Virus record (IMG/VR): IMGVR_UViG_3300020045_003677
Location: 60,098 to 124,097 of that record
Strand: one strand, 5' to 3'
Source of the DNA: a virus
Lineage: Duplodnaviria > Heunggongvirae > Uroviricota > Caudoviricetes
DNA: 64,000 bases
Of this stretch, positions 54,744 to 64,000 are shown in pieces. Under the pieces are notes generated by a model. That model did no database searches. It saw only the letters and a list, made by a program, of their open reading frames with translations, and was not told where the DNA came from. The position numbers and the translations under genes are program-made. The first letter of the stretch is position 1. The number at the start of each line of letters is the position of its first letter.

Positions 54744-56898
54744 TAGACCTAATTGCTATAGCTGGGGAGAACTTCGACACAAGGATATAATCCCTGGTAA
54801 CTATGATGAGTTTGTTCATTGGAATAATCATCACAAAGACCAGCAGCTCGATAGTGAAACCCCTATGTTTGATGACGGCCCTAACGTTCATCAGGATAGA
54901 AAGATGCTAATGCTTCAGTTAGGCAGTCTAGATGGTGAAGATCAATGGCTATTCGATTTTGTAGGATTGGACGCTGAATGGATAGATCTACTTAAGGTTT
55001 GCTTAGCAGACCCTAGTATGACTTACTATATTCATAATGCCAAGTTTGACTACATAGTCGTTAAGAACACCTTAGGAATATCTCTAAGCAATGTTCACGA
55101 TACTTTCCTTATGAGTAAAGTGTTGAATACTGGGCTTGAGTTACCTATGGGATATCATAGTCTTGCTGGATGTCTTGAACGGTTTCTTAATATCGTTTTA
55201 GATAAGGCTAGCCAAACCACATTTACTGAGGCCCCGTTTACTGAGACTCAATTAGTCTATGGTGCTGTGGATGTTATGTTCTTGGGAGAGTTATTCGATC
55301 ATCTTAAAGATTTGCTTAAACAGTTCGACCTATGGTATTTGTATGATACTGTAGAGCGCCGTGTAGTTGTTGTCTATGCTGATATGGAGATTACTCCTAT
55401 GAAGTTCGACTCTACTCACTGGATGACTGTGGCTAAGCAACTGGAAATAGAACGTGACCTGGTACTAGCTGAGCTAAACAAAGAAGTTCTTGCGGATGCG
55501 AAACTGGTTAAACTACTTAGCTGTGAAGATAATGCATTGGGCGAATGCCTGATACAACCCGCAGATGAGTTTAAGGTGAACTGGAATTCCTCTTCCCAAA
55601 GAAGGTTATTACTGAGTCGGTTAGTCCCATCACTACCAAGTGATTGTACAACTAAACCTCAAGTGAAAACTTGGTTTAAAGAGAACATCGAGGCCCTTAC
55701 ACAGGATGAGGTAGATTGTTTGAATCACTTCATGGTTAGGGATTATGATGACATCAATATTATTTTGGTATCCAAACATAAGCAATGGTTACTAGACAAT
55801 GGTATGTTTGTGCCGAAGGGAACTATCCTTATCAACTGGAACTCCAATCAGCATAAACTGATGATATTCAACCATTACTATCCAAATCTAAACGATACCA
55901 ATGCGAAAAGTCTCAATAGGATCACTAAGAATGCTTTAATAAATCACTTCAAGAAGTTTGTGTCTGCTCAGAAACGTGTAGGTACTTATGGTGAGGGGTT
56001 TATGGAGAAGAATGTACGTCGCGACGGAATGATAGCACCAATGAACTGTAAGCAGATTCTGAATACCGGTAGGATAGCATTTGGCATTCTACTGCAGATA
56101 CCAGCAGACTCTAAGTTCAGGAATGCCTTCTTACCACCAGAAGACGATTGGGTATTTGTTGACTCGGATTATTCTAGTGCTGAAGTAGTTATCATGTCGT
56201 ACGCAGCACAGGAAAAGGCCTTTCTAGATGCTATTGTTGAAGGCAAAGACTTACACTCTATGTCTGCTTCACTAGTATTCAAAGATAAGTGGGTCGATAT
56301 TGCAGAACCTGGATGTGTTAACTTGATCAATGGATCTCAATGTGATTGTCCTCAGCATCAAAAGCTTAGGAAGTTCTCTAAATCTATCACGTTTGGATTA
56401 GCTTATGGTCTTTCGTACCATGGATTAGCTGAACGGCTTGACATTACCAAAGAAGAGGCTAAAGAGCTAATCGAGAAATTCTTCGCTGCCTTCCCGGCAC
56501 TAAGAGTCTACTTTGATGGTTCTAAGCAGTTCTCTATGACTCATAACTATGTTGTAAGTCTTGCTCCTACGCGTAGGATTCGGTTCTTTCATGAGCCTGA
56601 AAATAACGGCGAGAAGGATGCGATAGGTAGAGAAGGTATGAACTTTGGAATTCAAGAGACCAATGCAACCATGCTTAAGATTGCTTTGATTAAACTAGCT
56701 AAAAGGATAAAAGATGAGAATCTTCCTGCTAGGATACATCTACCGGTGCATGATGAGATACTATCTTCCTGTCACAAAGATATAGCAGATTACATGGTAG
56801 TGGTACAAGAGCAATGTATGATAGAAGCTGGGGAGATATTCCTCGGTAAAGGACTTCTTGGTGTAGACACCAAAATACTAACGAAATGGGCTAAGTAA
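54724..56898 (+). CDS. Family A (Pol I-like) DNA polymerase with a 3'-5' proofreading exonuclease domain.
   Basis: Exo I GLDAEW, Exo II NAKFDYIVV, Exo III YGAVDVMFL. Pol motif A DYSSAEVVIM, motif B RKFSKSITFGLAYG, motif C HLPVHDEIL. Confidence 0.9.
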   Translation: MIHLVTSRPNCYSWGELRHKDIIPGNYDEFVHWNNHHKDQQLDSETPMFDDGPNVHQDRKMLMLQLGSLDGEDQWLFDFVGLDAEWIDLLKVCLADPSMTYYIHNAKFDYIVVKNTLGISLSNVHDTFLMSKVLNTGLELPMGYHSLAGCLERFLNIVLDKASQTTFTEAPFTETQLVYGAVDVMFLGELFDHLKDLLKQFDLWYLYDTVERRVVVVYADMEITPMKFDSTHWMTVAKQLEIERDLVLAELNKEVLADAKLVKLLSCEDNALGECLIQPADEFKVNWNSSSQRRLLLSRLVPSLPSDCTTKPQVKTWFKENIEALTQDEVDCLNHFMVRDYDDINIILVSKHKQWLLDNGMFVPKGTILINWNSNQHKLMIFNHYYPNLNDTNAKSLNRITKNALINHFKKFVSAQKRVGTYGEGFMEKNVRRDGMIAPMNCKQILNTGRIAFGILLQIPADSKFRNAFLPPEDDWVFVDSDYSSAEVVIMSYAAQEKAFLDAIVEGKDLHSMSASLVFKDKWVDIAEPGCVNLINGSQCDCPQHQKLRKFSKSITFGLAYGLSYHGLAERLDITKEEAKELIEKFFAAFPALRVYFDGSKQFSMTHNYVVSLAPTRRIRFFHEPENNGEKDAIGREGMNFGIQETNATMLKIALIKLAKRIKDENLPARIHLPVHDEILSSCHKDIADYMVVVQEQCMIEAGEIFLGKGLLGVDTKILTKWAK

Positions 56899-57653
56899 TG
56901 GAGAAGAAAGCACTTACAGAAACATTGATGGCTATGGACGACTTGATGGTCAGTCATGGTCTAACTGAACGCGAGATAATCGCTATACTACGTAGCTATT
57001 GCTCCATGACCCATACACTATCTATTACTGAGAGAACACCTTTATTAAATAAAGGATTGTTGTTACTTGATGATAGTGTAAACGATGCCCTACTCTTTAA
57101 AGATAAGGCTGCTATCCAGACCGTTATGAATCTTGAATTCGAATCTGTCCCTAAGAGTGAGGTTTCTCATCTAGAGTTAGCTCATAAACTGGAGAAAGAA
57201 TTGGTTCCTGATGACATCGATAAGGATGAGTTAATCACTTACTATGCTACCAAGTACTTTAGCGGAGATAAGACAGTGGCCAGGTATTTTGTAATCTTCA
57301 GGTTTATCTTTCCAGATAGAACCAGCGGAGGTATGCAGAATTGGACACGTCATTTCAAAGTAGGGTTTGATGGTGTAAAAAGATGGGTCCCAACCGTTAG
57401 TAATGCAAAGAAGTTTCATGACATCTATCGTAAGAAAGATATTGGAATATTTCTAGCCGGTGCTTACTATGCAGTAATGGATAGTATAGATATCAATGCT
57501 GGGACATGTTTCATGACTACTTCTGATAAGTTCATGATGAGGTATGATTCATGGTATGAGTATGCAGCTGATAAACTAAAGGCCGCTGAAAAGAAGGCTT
57601 TGAAGCGTAAACAGATAATTGAAGACAATAATATTTTAGATACAATATCATAA
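56898..57653 (+). CDS. Hypothetical protein.
   Basis: 251-aa ORF. Its start is coupled to the polymerase stop (TAATG). Confidence 0.6.
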   Translation: MEKKALTETLMAMDDLMVSHGLTEREIIAILRSYCSMTHTLSITERTPLLNKGLLLLDDSVNDALLFKDKAAIQTVMNLEFESVPKSEVSHLELAHKLEKELVPDDIDKDELITYYATKYFSGDKTVARYFVIFRFIFPDRTSGGMQNWTRHFKVGFDGVKRWVPTVSNAKKFHDIYRKKDIGIFLAGAYYAVMDSIDINAGTCFMTTSDKFMMRYDSWYEYAADKLKAAEKKALKRKQIIEDNNILDTIS

Positions 57654-58003
57654 TGGATAATAGATCATTTCACATAGGACAAACCGTTTATCATAGAGAT
57701 GTATACTATCATAAAGAGCCACTAAAGGTGGTTGGTATTAGGGAACGAGAACTTGAGTTGGAAGGTGACTACTCCGGTGGAACTAATAATGTGGTTCAGA
57801 AACAATGGATGCCTATAAAAGGGGTATCTACTGTGTATAATTACAGGTATAAAGCTGAGTGTAGAAGGGAAGCAAGCACTGTAGAAATACTTGCTATTCC
57901 AGCTGCTGGTAGTAGCGACCCTACTTTTGTCACTATGATGGATCTAGCCGATAGGATAATGCATCTAACTGCTGAAGTTGAATTAAATCCAGAATTCTCT
58001 TAA
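57653..58003 (+). CDS. Hypothetical protein.
   Basis: 116-aa ORF. Confidence 0.5.
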   Translation: MDNRSFHIGQTVYHRDVYYHKEPLKVVGIRERELELEGDYSGGTNNVVQKQWMPIKGVSTVYNYRYKAECRREASTVEILAIPAAGSSDPTFVTMMDLADRIMHLTAEVELNPEFS

Positions 58004-58004
58004 T

Positions 58005-59084
58005 ATGAAGTATTCTTTTGAAGACGTAATAAATAAAATGCAATATGATCTTAATCATAGGGATACAGGGTTTAGCATGCCTTTAATACCTAAGTTGAAT
58101 CGTATTGTCGGAAATATCAATAAGGGGCTGTATACAGCACTAATCGGTAACCATGGTTCCGGAACCTCATCGTTCTTAAACCAGAATTATGTATTAGGAC
58201 CACTTATCCAATGGTATATCACACCAGAGGATGAACAGCCACCATTGAAGATCCTGTACTTTAATCTATCGAACAATGAGTTTAAATGCTTTCAACAGCT
58301 GATATGTCATTATTCTAAGTTAGTACATGGAGTTCATTTAGATATTCCAACTCTTAATAGTAAACCTAGTCGCTTGTTTGACATCGATCAAAGCGCAGCA
58401 TCATTGGAAGCCTTGGATCAAGCTGGAGAATTCTTTGACCTAGTAATGGGTAAAGAGCTTGAGATAGTCTCCGGCCCTAAGAAACCTACCGAGATTCATA
58501 ACCTTGTGATGGCTGAGTGGGCTGATTTTCATTCAAAACATGATGATAAAGGCTACTTTATGGTTGTTATTGACTCTGCAGAACATTTGCTGGAGGAAGA
58601 CGACGGTTTTATACGCGTTAGTGGTAAGGCTCTTGATGAGAAGATGGATAAGGTAATCCAGCAGATCATAGCCGCTACAGGTGCAACTGTTACTATAGTT
58701 GCACCCCCATATATCCCAATCGTAAGGGGTAATAGGGATACCGAGCCTCAACAGGGGCACCTTGGTAAATATAGTAACTGTCATAGGGGTATAGAGATAT
58801 ACAATCCTATCGCAGAACGGGACCCACTTTATATCAATAGTAAATCCTTGTATGTCGGAGGTAAGTCAGGAATGAATACCCTACGGACATGGACTATTAT
58901 TAGAAATACGGAAGGCTCCGATCTTATATCCAATATAGTGTTATTCCTAGCTGGGAATGGCTTTATGATTGAGCTACAAGATGAAAAAGACATCTCCAGT
59001 TTTGATGACACTAAAATGTTCATACTGGTACCAAACAAATCTCCGTACTATAAATGTATGGATAAAGACAGTGATAATGACTGA
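58005..59084 (+). CDS. DnaB-like (RecA-fold) helicase-domain protein with a degenerate Walker A. May be an inactive helicase, loader or accessory protein.
   Basis: LNRIVGNINKGLYTALIGNHGSGTSSFLN parallels the DnaB LD..GGL..G.L.V.A.RPGMGKTAF segment, but has GSGTS in place of GMGKT and so lacks the lysine. MVVIDSAEHL resembles the H2/Walker B region. Confidence 0.45.
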   Translation: MKYSFEDVINKMQYDLNHRDTGFSMPLIPKLNRIVGNINKGLYTALIGNHGSGTSSFLNQNYVLGPLIQWYITPEDEQPPLKILYFNLSNNEFKCFQQLICHYSKLVHGVHLDIPTLNSKPSRLFDIDQSAASLEALDQAGEFFDLVMGKELEIVSGPKKPTEIHNLVMAEWADFHSKHDDKGYFMVVIDSAEHLLEEDDGFIRVSGKALDEKMDKVIQQIIAATGATVTIVAPPYIPIVRGNRDTEPQQGHLGKYSNCHRGIEIYNPIAERDPLYINSKSLYVGGKSGMNTLRTWTIIRNTEGSDLISNIVLFLAGNGFMIELQDEKDISSFDDTKMFILVPNKSPYYKCMDKDSDND

Positions 59085-59367
59085 TAGATTACGAGAACGC
59101 GTTGTTCAAAACGACGGTCTTTTAGGCGGCACCCCATACCCTACAGCTTGCGAAAGTGAGTGTAGTGAGCCTATGCCAACACAACCAAGTAGATCTGTAC
59201 CATTCGCTATTCAAATTGAATCACTTAACTTTGGTTATATAGTAAGAGTTGGGTGTCAGTCGTTTGCAATAGAATCTGCCGACAAGTTAGTAACTGCTCT
59301 AGCAGCTTACCTAGCCGAACCAGAGAAAGTGCAACGTATGTGGTTTGATGGATCCTTTTTAAGGTAG
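59077..59367 (+). CDS. Hypothetical protein.
   Basis: ATG at 59077 overlaps the upstream stop (ATGACTGA). The track ORF extends 5' in-frame inside the upstream gene. Confidence 0.45.
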   Translation: MTDRLRERVVQNDGLLGGTPYPTACESECSEPMPTQPSRSVPFAIQIESLNFGYIVRVGCQSFAIESADKLVTALAAYLAEPEKVQRMWFDGSFLR

Positions 59368-59432
59368 TATTTAATTTGACTTAGTTAAAGTAAAGTAAAT
59401 TAGATGTTTGTCTAACAACTTTATAAGTCAAA

Positions 59433-60077
59433 ATGGGAAAAGAATTAGCAACCATAAATGCTATCGACAATACCCCGGTTAAGTTAACTGGGTTCAGTAA
59501 CATCGATGAAATGAAGAAATGGGCCGAAACTATTATCGACTCTGGATTACTTCCAGATAGTATTAGTGAACCGGAACAAGTGATAACTATCGTTCAGCAT
59601 GGTAAAGAGTTAGGATTAACTCCGCATATCGCGTTGAATAATATACATGTTATCGCCGGCCGGCCTGTAATCAGTTCATCTATGTTAGGTGCAATGTTGA
59701 AAAAGCACCACGTTGAATGGACAATCACCGACGACTTTACTACCGTTCCAGGTCCTGGAGGTAAAGGAGAAGATAAGAAAACTTCCTACGAGTTCTATTG
59801 GAAATCTTCTATTACTGAAAGAGTAATGAGTACTACATTCTCAATTACTTGGAATCAGATGGCCCTAGCTGGTTATACTGAGAAATCCAACTGGAAAAAA
59901 TACCCTAAAGAAATGATGCGTGCTAGATGTTTAAGCTATGCAGTAAGAGCATTGTTTCCTGAAGTTCTTTTAGGGATGTATTCAGACGTAGAGATCAACG
60001 ATATTGCTGAAGAGCTTGGTGGAGAATCAAGAGAAATCAGTATATCCGATGAGGGTGATGTTCAAATAGTAGGATAA
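59433..60077 (+). CDS. Hypothetical protein.
   Basis: 214-aa ORF. Confidence 0.55.
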   Translation: MGKELATINAIDNTPVKLTGFSNIDEMKKWAETIIDSGLLPDSISEPEQVITIVQHGKELGLTPHIALNNIHVIAGRPVISSSMLGAMLKKHHVEWTITDDFTTVPGPGGKGEDKKTSYEFYWKSSITERVMSTTFSITWNQMALAGYTEKSNWKKYPKEMMRARCLSYAVRALFPEVLLGMYSDVEINDIAEELGGESREISISDEGDVQIVG

Positions 60078-60126
60078 TTAAATTGTTGTAACTAAAACCA
60101 TTGGTTAATAACAAATTTTACATAAA

Positions 60127-60786
60127 ATGGCAAGACAAGATGTAATGGCGTTGCTCACACGAGTTAACGTCTCAAAAATGGGCAAAGGTATTCATTCCAA
60201 TATTGTGCTCACAGCAGTTGACACCGAGGAGAGACGTTCTAACGGAACTCCATCTAAAAAGTTCTTATATCTTACTTTCGCAGAGGTGGACCCTACAACG
60301 CGTAAAAAGAAAAAAGACATTGAAGTAAGTTGGTGGAAACTCGACCCAGTTGGGAATAAATACTTTCAGGATAATATGCTTGAGGTATGTTCTCAGTTGA
60401 TGGGAATTCTGGAATGCTACATGACAGCCGATGAAGCTGATGCTCATTTCGATAACGTCTTCGATGAATTCGAATTAAAGACTGTGGAAGATATTAAGGA
60501 GTATAAATGGAAGATTAAAGATGTGGGCACATTGATGACCAATCTGAAAACTGCTTTCAGTAATGCTATCACACCATTTCTAGGTGTTGACGGTAAATTA
60601 CTGCACCTTAAACTGACTACAGATGCAAAAGGTACCAATGTTGAATTACCTAAGTATGGTGCCGTATGTGAAGCTATGGGAGATGGAGAAACCACTTTGA
60701 AGTATTCTAATTCAGAACTTAAAAATCACTCTAAGAGTGGTAACGTAAGTGCTAAGTTGAGTGCTCCTACATTGGCTAATGTTTAA
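60127..60786 (+). CDS. Hypothetical protein, paralogue of 60803..61510.
   Basis: The N-terminal block NIVLTAVDTEERR is similar to NIIVAAVDFDERK in the neighbouring gene. Similar length (219 aa versus 235 aa). Confidence 0.55.
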   Translation: MARQDVMALLTRVNVSKMGKGIHSNIVLTAVDTEERRSNGTPSKKFLYLTFAEVDPTTRKKKKDIEVSWWKLDPVGNKYFQDNMLEVCSQLMGILECYMTADEADAHFDNVFDEFELKTVEDIKEYKWKIKDVGTLMTNLKTAFSNAITPFLGVDGKLLHLKLTTDAKGTNVELPKYGAVCEAMGDGETTLKYSNSELKNHSKSGNVSAKLSAPTLANV

Positions 60787-60802
60787 TTTTTAACTACATA
60801 AC

Positions 60803-61510
60803 ATGAGTAATTTATTCAGACAATACGTAGAATCTAAACCCGTTAGAGCTTCTTTAGCATTCGGTCATAATACCAACATTATTGTTGCTGCCGTCGATTT
60901 TGACGAACGTAAAGGTAAGGAATCAGCTATTAAAGCTAATACCTTTATCACGTTCCAACAGATTGACCCGGTTACAAAGGCTGTTAAAGCTAAGTTTGAA
61001 AGCAGCTTCTGGAATTTGGACCCAGCAAGCGACTTCGTTCTATCTAACTATGGCGATCAGTTAACCACTATGGTTGCTATCGTTGAAGCGATTGATGGAG
61101 ACGTTGCAGAATTCTTGACAGTGTTTGCTGATACAGCCGGTCTCGAAGACTTGGTTATCACTAAACAGTTCCTGTCTACGAAGAAAAACTGTAAAGCAGT
61201 TCAGGACGGATTTCAGGCAGCCTTTAAAGCAGCTGTAGAAGGTAAAACTGGAGATGCTTGCCCTCTTCTTCAGTGTAAGTTGGTATCCAACAAAAAGGGC
61301 TTCTTGGAAATGGGTAAAGAAAGCGGATGGATTATCCCTATGGACTCCGACGAAACTTTACCTGAAGTTACTGCACAGGAACTTGCTATTTATACCAAAG
61401 CTCAATCTGAAGAGCGCCCAACTCAGGCCGAACCTGACGCAGTTGGTGACGCACCTGATGGTGGTGGAGAAAAGGTAGTTGGTAGTGCTCCTACTTTTGC
61501 TAGTCTGTAA
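60803..61510 (+). CDS. Hypothetical protein, paralogue of 60127..60786.
   Basis: 235-aa ORF. Its N-terminus MSNLFRQYVESK is shared with the downstream primase-like protein. Confidence 0.55.
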   Translation: MSNLFRQYVESKPVRASLAFGHNTNIIVAAVDFDERKGKESAIKANTFITFQQIDPVTKAVKAKFESSFWNLDPASDFVLSNYGDQLTTMVAIVEAIDGDVAEFLTVFADTAGLEDLVITKQFLSTKKNCKAVQDGFQAAFKAAVEGKTGDACPLLQCKLVSNKKGFLEMGKESGWIIPMDSDETLPEVTAQELAIYTKAQSEERPTQAEPDAVGDAPDGGGEKVVGSAPTFASL

Positions 61511-61806
61511 TGTCTACAATAGCAACTGATCCAGCATTTTCCTCTCAACCCGAACAGGTCGGAGGGTCTTATGTTGATAATACAGGAGTTACTAGGGATA
61601 TTACCCTAAATCTAACTTACCCAACCAACCCGGATACATCTGTGAAGACTCCCCTTACCAAAAGGGAGTTCTTTGCAGTAACCCTACTTACCGGTAGGAT
61701 TGGTGCAGCTACTTATGAGGGGGTACAAATAGAAGAGCTTGTCTATCAATCGGTCAAGCAAGCGGACATGCTAATTGCAACGCTAAACAATGTTCCAATA
61801 CCATAA
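61510..61806 (+). CDS. Hypothetical protein.
   Basis: 98-aa ORF. Confidence 0.5.
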   Translation: MSTIATDPAFSSQPEQVGGSYVDNTGVTRDITLNLTYPTNPDTSVKTPLTKREFFAVTLLTGRIGAATYEGVQIEELVYQSVKQADMLIATLNNVPIP

Positions 61807-61809
61807 TCT

Positions 61810-62928
61810 ATGTCAAATTTATTTCGTAAATATGTTTCCAGTAAGAAATCCTTAACTGATAAACTGCTTGACGAAATTACTGACTTCGATATTTATTGTG
61901 AGTTACTTGGTATTGATTTGGAATTGGGGCAGCCGATCAGCAGTCCTTTACGGGATGATGATCTAAGGGCCTCATTTTCATTGTATGTACCCACTGAGAT
62001 AGAAGATGTTAGACCTGATGAAGTGTGGTGGAAAGATTTTGCAGGAGGATTCGGAAACGTATTCACTTTTGTACAAAGATTCGCTGCATTTCACCATGGT
62101 TTAGTGTTAGAAAAACGTTACGATATTATTAAATTTATCGACTCTGAACTTGGTTTAGGGTTGTTCGGTACAGAGAAGGTTACTCATGAGAAACGAGTGA
62201 TTGACTATGAAGCAGCTAAATTAAAGAAAGAAATTCTCTTTAAGTCTAGACCATTTACACGGAGAGATCTGTTATGGTGGGCTAGGTTTGGTATTGATGA
62301 AGACATTCTCAAGAAGTTTAATGTGAGAAGTGTCCAATATCTATTAGGAGAAGACTACTCTATCAAGTATGAATTCAAACGTACTGAGTTAGCTTTCGTG
62401 TATGTAGTATACGATAAAGTCAAACTCTACTGTCCGGAAGAAGATGAATTTAAGTGGAGAAATACCTGCCCCGGGCATTACCTATTTGGACAGCAGCAGT
62501 TGGAAGACCATGATAATCTTATTATTACTAAGAGTCTAAAAGATATTATGTGTTTCTACTCTCTGATGTCCTGTGATTGTATTGCACCACAGGGAGAGGC
62601 CTGGCATTTTCCAGATGAACTTGTAGCTTCCTTGAAGAAGAAATACAAGAACATATTTGTTGTGATGGATTATGACCCAGCCGGTATTGAGGCAGCGGAA
62701 CGTTTGGAAGCTCAAGGATTCACAGTTCGTTGGATAAGTCAAGATCAAGTACTTATAAACGGAAAGCTAAAAGTCTTGGATAAGGACATAAGTGACTATA
62801 TCAAAAATCATGGTGTAGAAGCTGGGTTAGCTTTAGTGAAAACAATGTTCCCTGAGATAGAGGAATCGTTATTTAAAAACGATAGACCTGAGATTATCAG
62901 GTTAGTTATGGAAAAATTAGCGGCATAA
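61810..62928 (+). CDS. Toprim-domain protein, putative DNA primase (DnaG-like catalytic core).
   Basis: Toprim-like acidic motif VVMDYDPAGIEAAERL (DxD), with an upstream E-containing block. No zinc-binding domain is evident. Confidence 0.5.
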   Translation: MSNLFRKYVSSKKSLTDKLLDEITDFDIYCELLGIDLELGQPISSPLRDDDLRASFSLYVPTEIEDVRPDEVWWKDFAGGFGNVFTFVQRFAAFHHGLVLEKRYDIIKFIDSELGLGLFGTEKVTHEKRVIDYEAAKLKKEILFKSRPFTRRDLLWWARFGIDEDILKKFNVRSVQYLLGEDYSIKYEFKRTELAFVYVVYDKVKLYCPEEDEFKWRNTCPGHYLFGQQQLEDHDNLIITKSLKDIMCFYSLMSCDCIAPQGEAWHFPDELVASLKKKYKNIFVVMDYDPAGIEAAERLEAQGFTVRWISQDQVLINGKLKVLDKDISDYIKNHGVEAGLALVKTMFPEIEESLFKNDRPEIIRLVMEKLAA

Positions 62929-64000
62929 TGAAAGAAAGTATACGCAAAGTGGTAGAAGAATATGTTACTGATTACCCGGAGTTAAGTAATACCGGACTAG
63001 CAGACAAGATTCTAGAAGATAACGCTATCACTGGAAAATCCCACAGGACTATACGTGGGTTTATTGGAGATGTACGTAATGAGATGGAGGACGAAACTCC
63101 AATCCTTACTGATATGACATTTGATCTTAGAGGCGGTGAAGAAATAGAACCTATACCTTTAGAAGCAATTGACGAACCATCACCATACGCACAAACAATG
63201 CAAGCAGTTAAGGAGTTCGAAGCATCCCTAGATGAAGATCTGGATGAAGACGAATTCGTTGATGAGGATGAGGAGGAAGAAAATGCACCAGAACAGAGTT
63301 TTGATATAGCATCCCCAATCTATTCTCTGCTAGCTACTGAGATAATGGTTGCTGACTCATTTGAAGTCGAAGACCTAAAGTATAAGTTCTCTATTGGTAA
63401 AAAGGAATACACGGTCGATGTAGAATTGGTTGATAAAGTGTTCTGTGCTTACTCACGTAAAGGACTGAATCTAACTAAAAACCAAATAATGGCTAGTACC
63501 GGTCTAGACCTGAATAAACTAACTGCTCTTATGACACGTACGAATCTTACTAAAGATTCTGAGCCGTTCGGACCATTTACAGATGAATTTATGGAGAGAG
63601 AGGACATCTATACTGTCACAGTAGAAAACGCTTCTTCCTTATTAGGCACTGTTAAGGAAACTGACTCGGCTGCACTTGAGTCTTTGATAAGAGCTTATAA
63701 GAAAGCTTATGTGGAGTTCTCTAACAAGAATCTTAAGCATGATGCATTCTTAAAAGAGGTTGCTGAGAATGTTAAAACTCTCAGTATTCCAGTACAAACA
63801 GCTCCAGTTACTATCGGTGTTAATTACAGACACGATAGAGAGTACTTAAACGCTATATTAGCAGATTTACACTTAGGGTTAAACCTTCCTGTGTATAACT
63901 ATGAGATTGCTGAAGCTAAACTTGATAGTATAGCTGCAGATATCAATGCTATGAACGCGGAAAATGTTTGTGTTACCTTCTTAGGCGACTGCATACATAC
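62928..64000 (+). CDS. Hypothetical acidic protein, partial. It runs off the window end.
   Basis: ATG at 62928 overlaps the upstream TAA (TAATG). The frame is open to position 64000. An acidic DEDLDEDEFVDEDEEEE stretch is present. Confidence 0.55.
   Translation, partial: MKESIRKVVEEYVTDYPELSNTGLADKILEDNAITGKSHRTIRGFIGDVRNEMEDETPILTDMTFDLRGGEEIEPIPLEAIDEPSPYAQTMQAVKEFEASLDEDLDEDEFVDEDEEEENAPEQSFDIASPIYSLLATEIMVADSFEVEDLKYKFSIGKKEYTVDVELVDKVFCAYSRKGLNLTKNQIMASTGLDLNKLTALMTRTNLTKDSEPFGPFTDEFMEREDIYTVTVENASSLLGTVKETDSAALESLIRAYKKAYVEFSNKNLKHDAFLKEVAENVKTLSIPVQTAPVTIGVNYRHDREYLNAILADLHLGLNLPVYNYEIAEAKLDSIAADINAMNAENVCVTFLGDCIH

Overview
This window looks like a segment of a large AT-rich, tRNA-rich double-stranded DNA bacteriophage genome. 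Almost every gene starts with an A-rich upstream context and no Shine-Dalgarno sequence, which points to a Bacteroidetes-type host. Coordinates 1-4080 are a minus-strand block: low-complexity basic, virion-like proteins, a PD-(D/E)XK nuclease, a GIY-YIG endonuclease and a helix-turn-helix protein. A divergent control region (4081-4443) contains a nested palindrome, and everything downstream is on the plus strand. The region 4.4-36 kb holds many small hypothetical, membrane and zinc-ribbon proteins interspersed with tRNA genes. Seven tRNAs are canonical: Leu-UAA, Asn-GUU, Ser-GCU, Glu-UUC, Leu-UAG, Met-CAU and Arg-UCU. A second cluster (24.7-28.8 kb and 32.45 kb) contains tRNA-like genes with non-canonical anticodon arms: 8-nt and 14-nt loops, and C33 or A33 in place of U33. 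It also contains two tRNA halves in permuted order, the 3' half upstream of the 5' half, with perfectly complementary acceptor and anticodon stems. Two GC-rich, highly structured non-coding islands (about 7100-8140 and 11940-12660) have no convincing ORFs. From 36.9 to 40.4 kb there is an NAD+ salvage module: NAMPT, an NMN adenylyltransferase fusion, a HAD-like hydrolase and a Nudix hydrolase. A NADAR/YbiA-like protein and a Rossmann-type SLOG-like protein lie elsewhere. From 40.6 to 64 kb there is a replication and nucleotide-metabolism module: an AAA+ ATPase, an Hsp90/MutL-like GHKL ATPase, a sigma-70 family factor, a FEN/5'-3' exonuclease, a MoxR-like ATPase plus vWA pair, a Dda-like helicase, a truncated RlmN/Cfr-like radical SAM enzyme, a family A DNA polymerase with proofreading exonuclease motifs, a DnaB-like protein with a degenerate Walker A, paralogous proteins of unknown function and a Toprim primase-like protein. 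All calls rest on motifs read directly from the sequence and ORF track, and no database searches were run.
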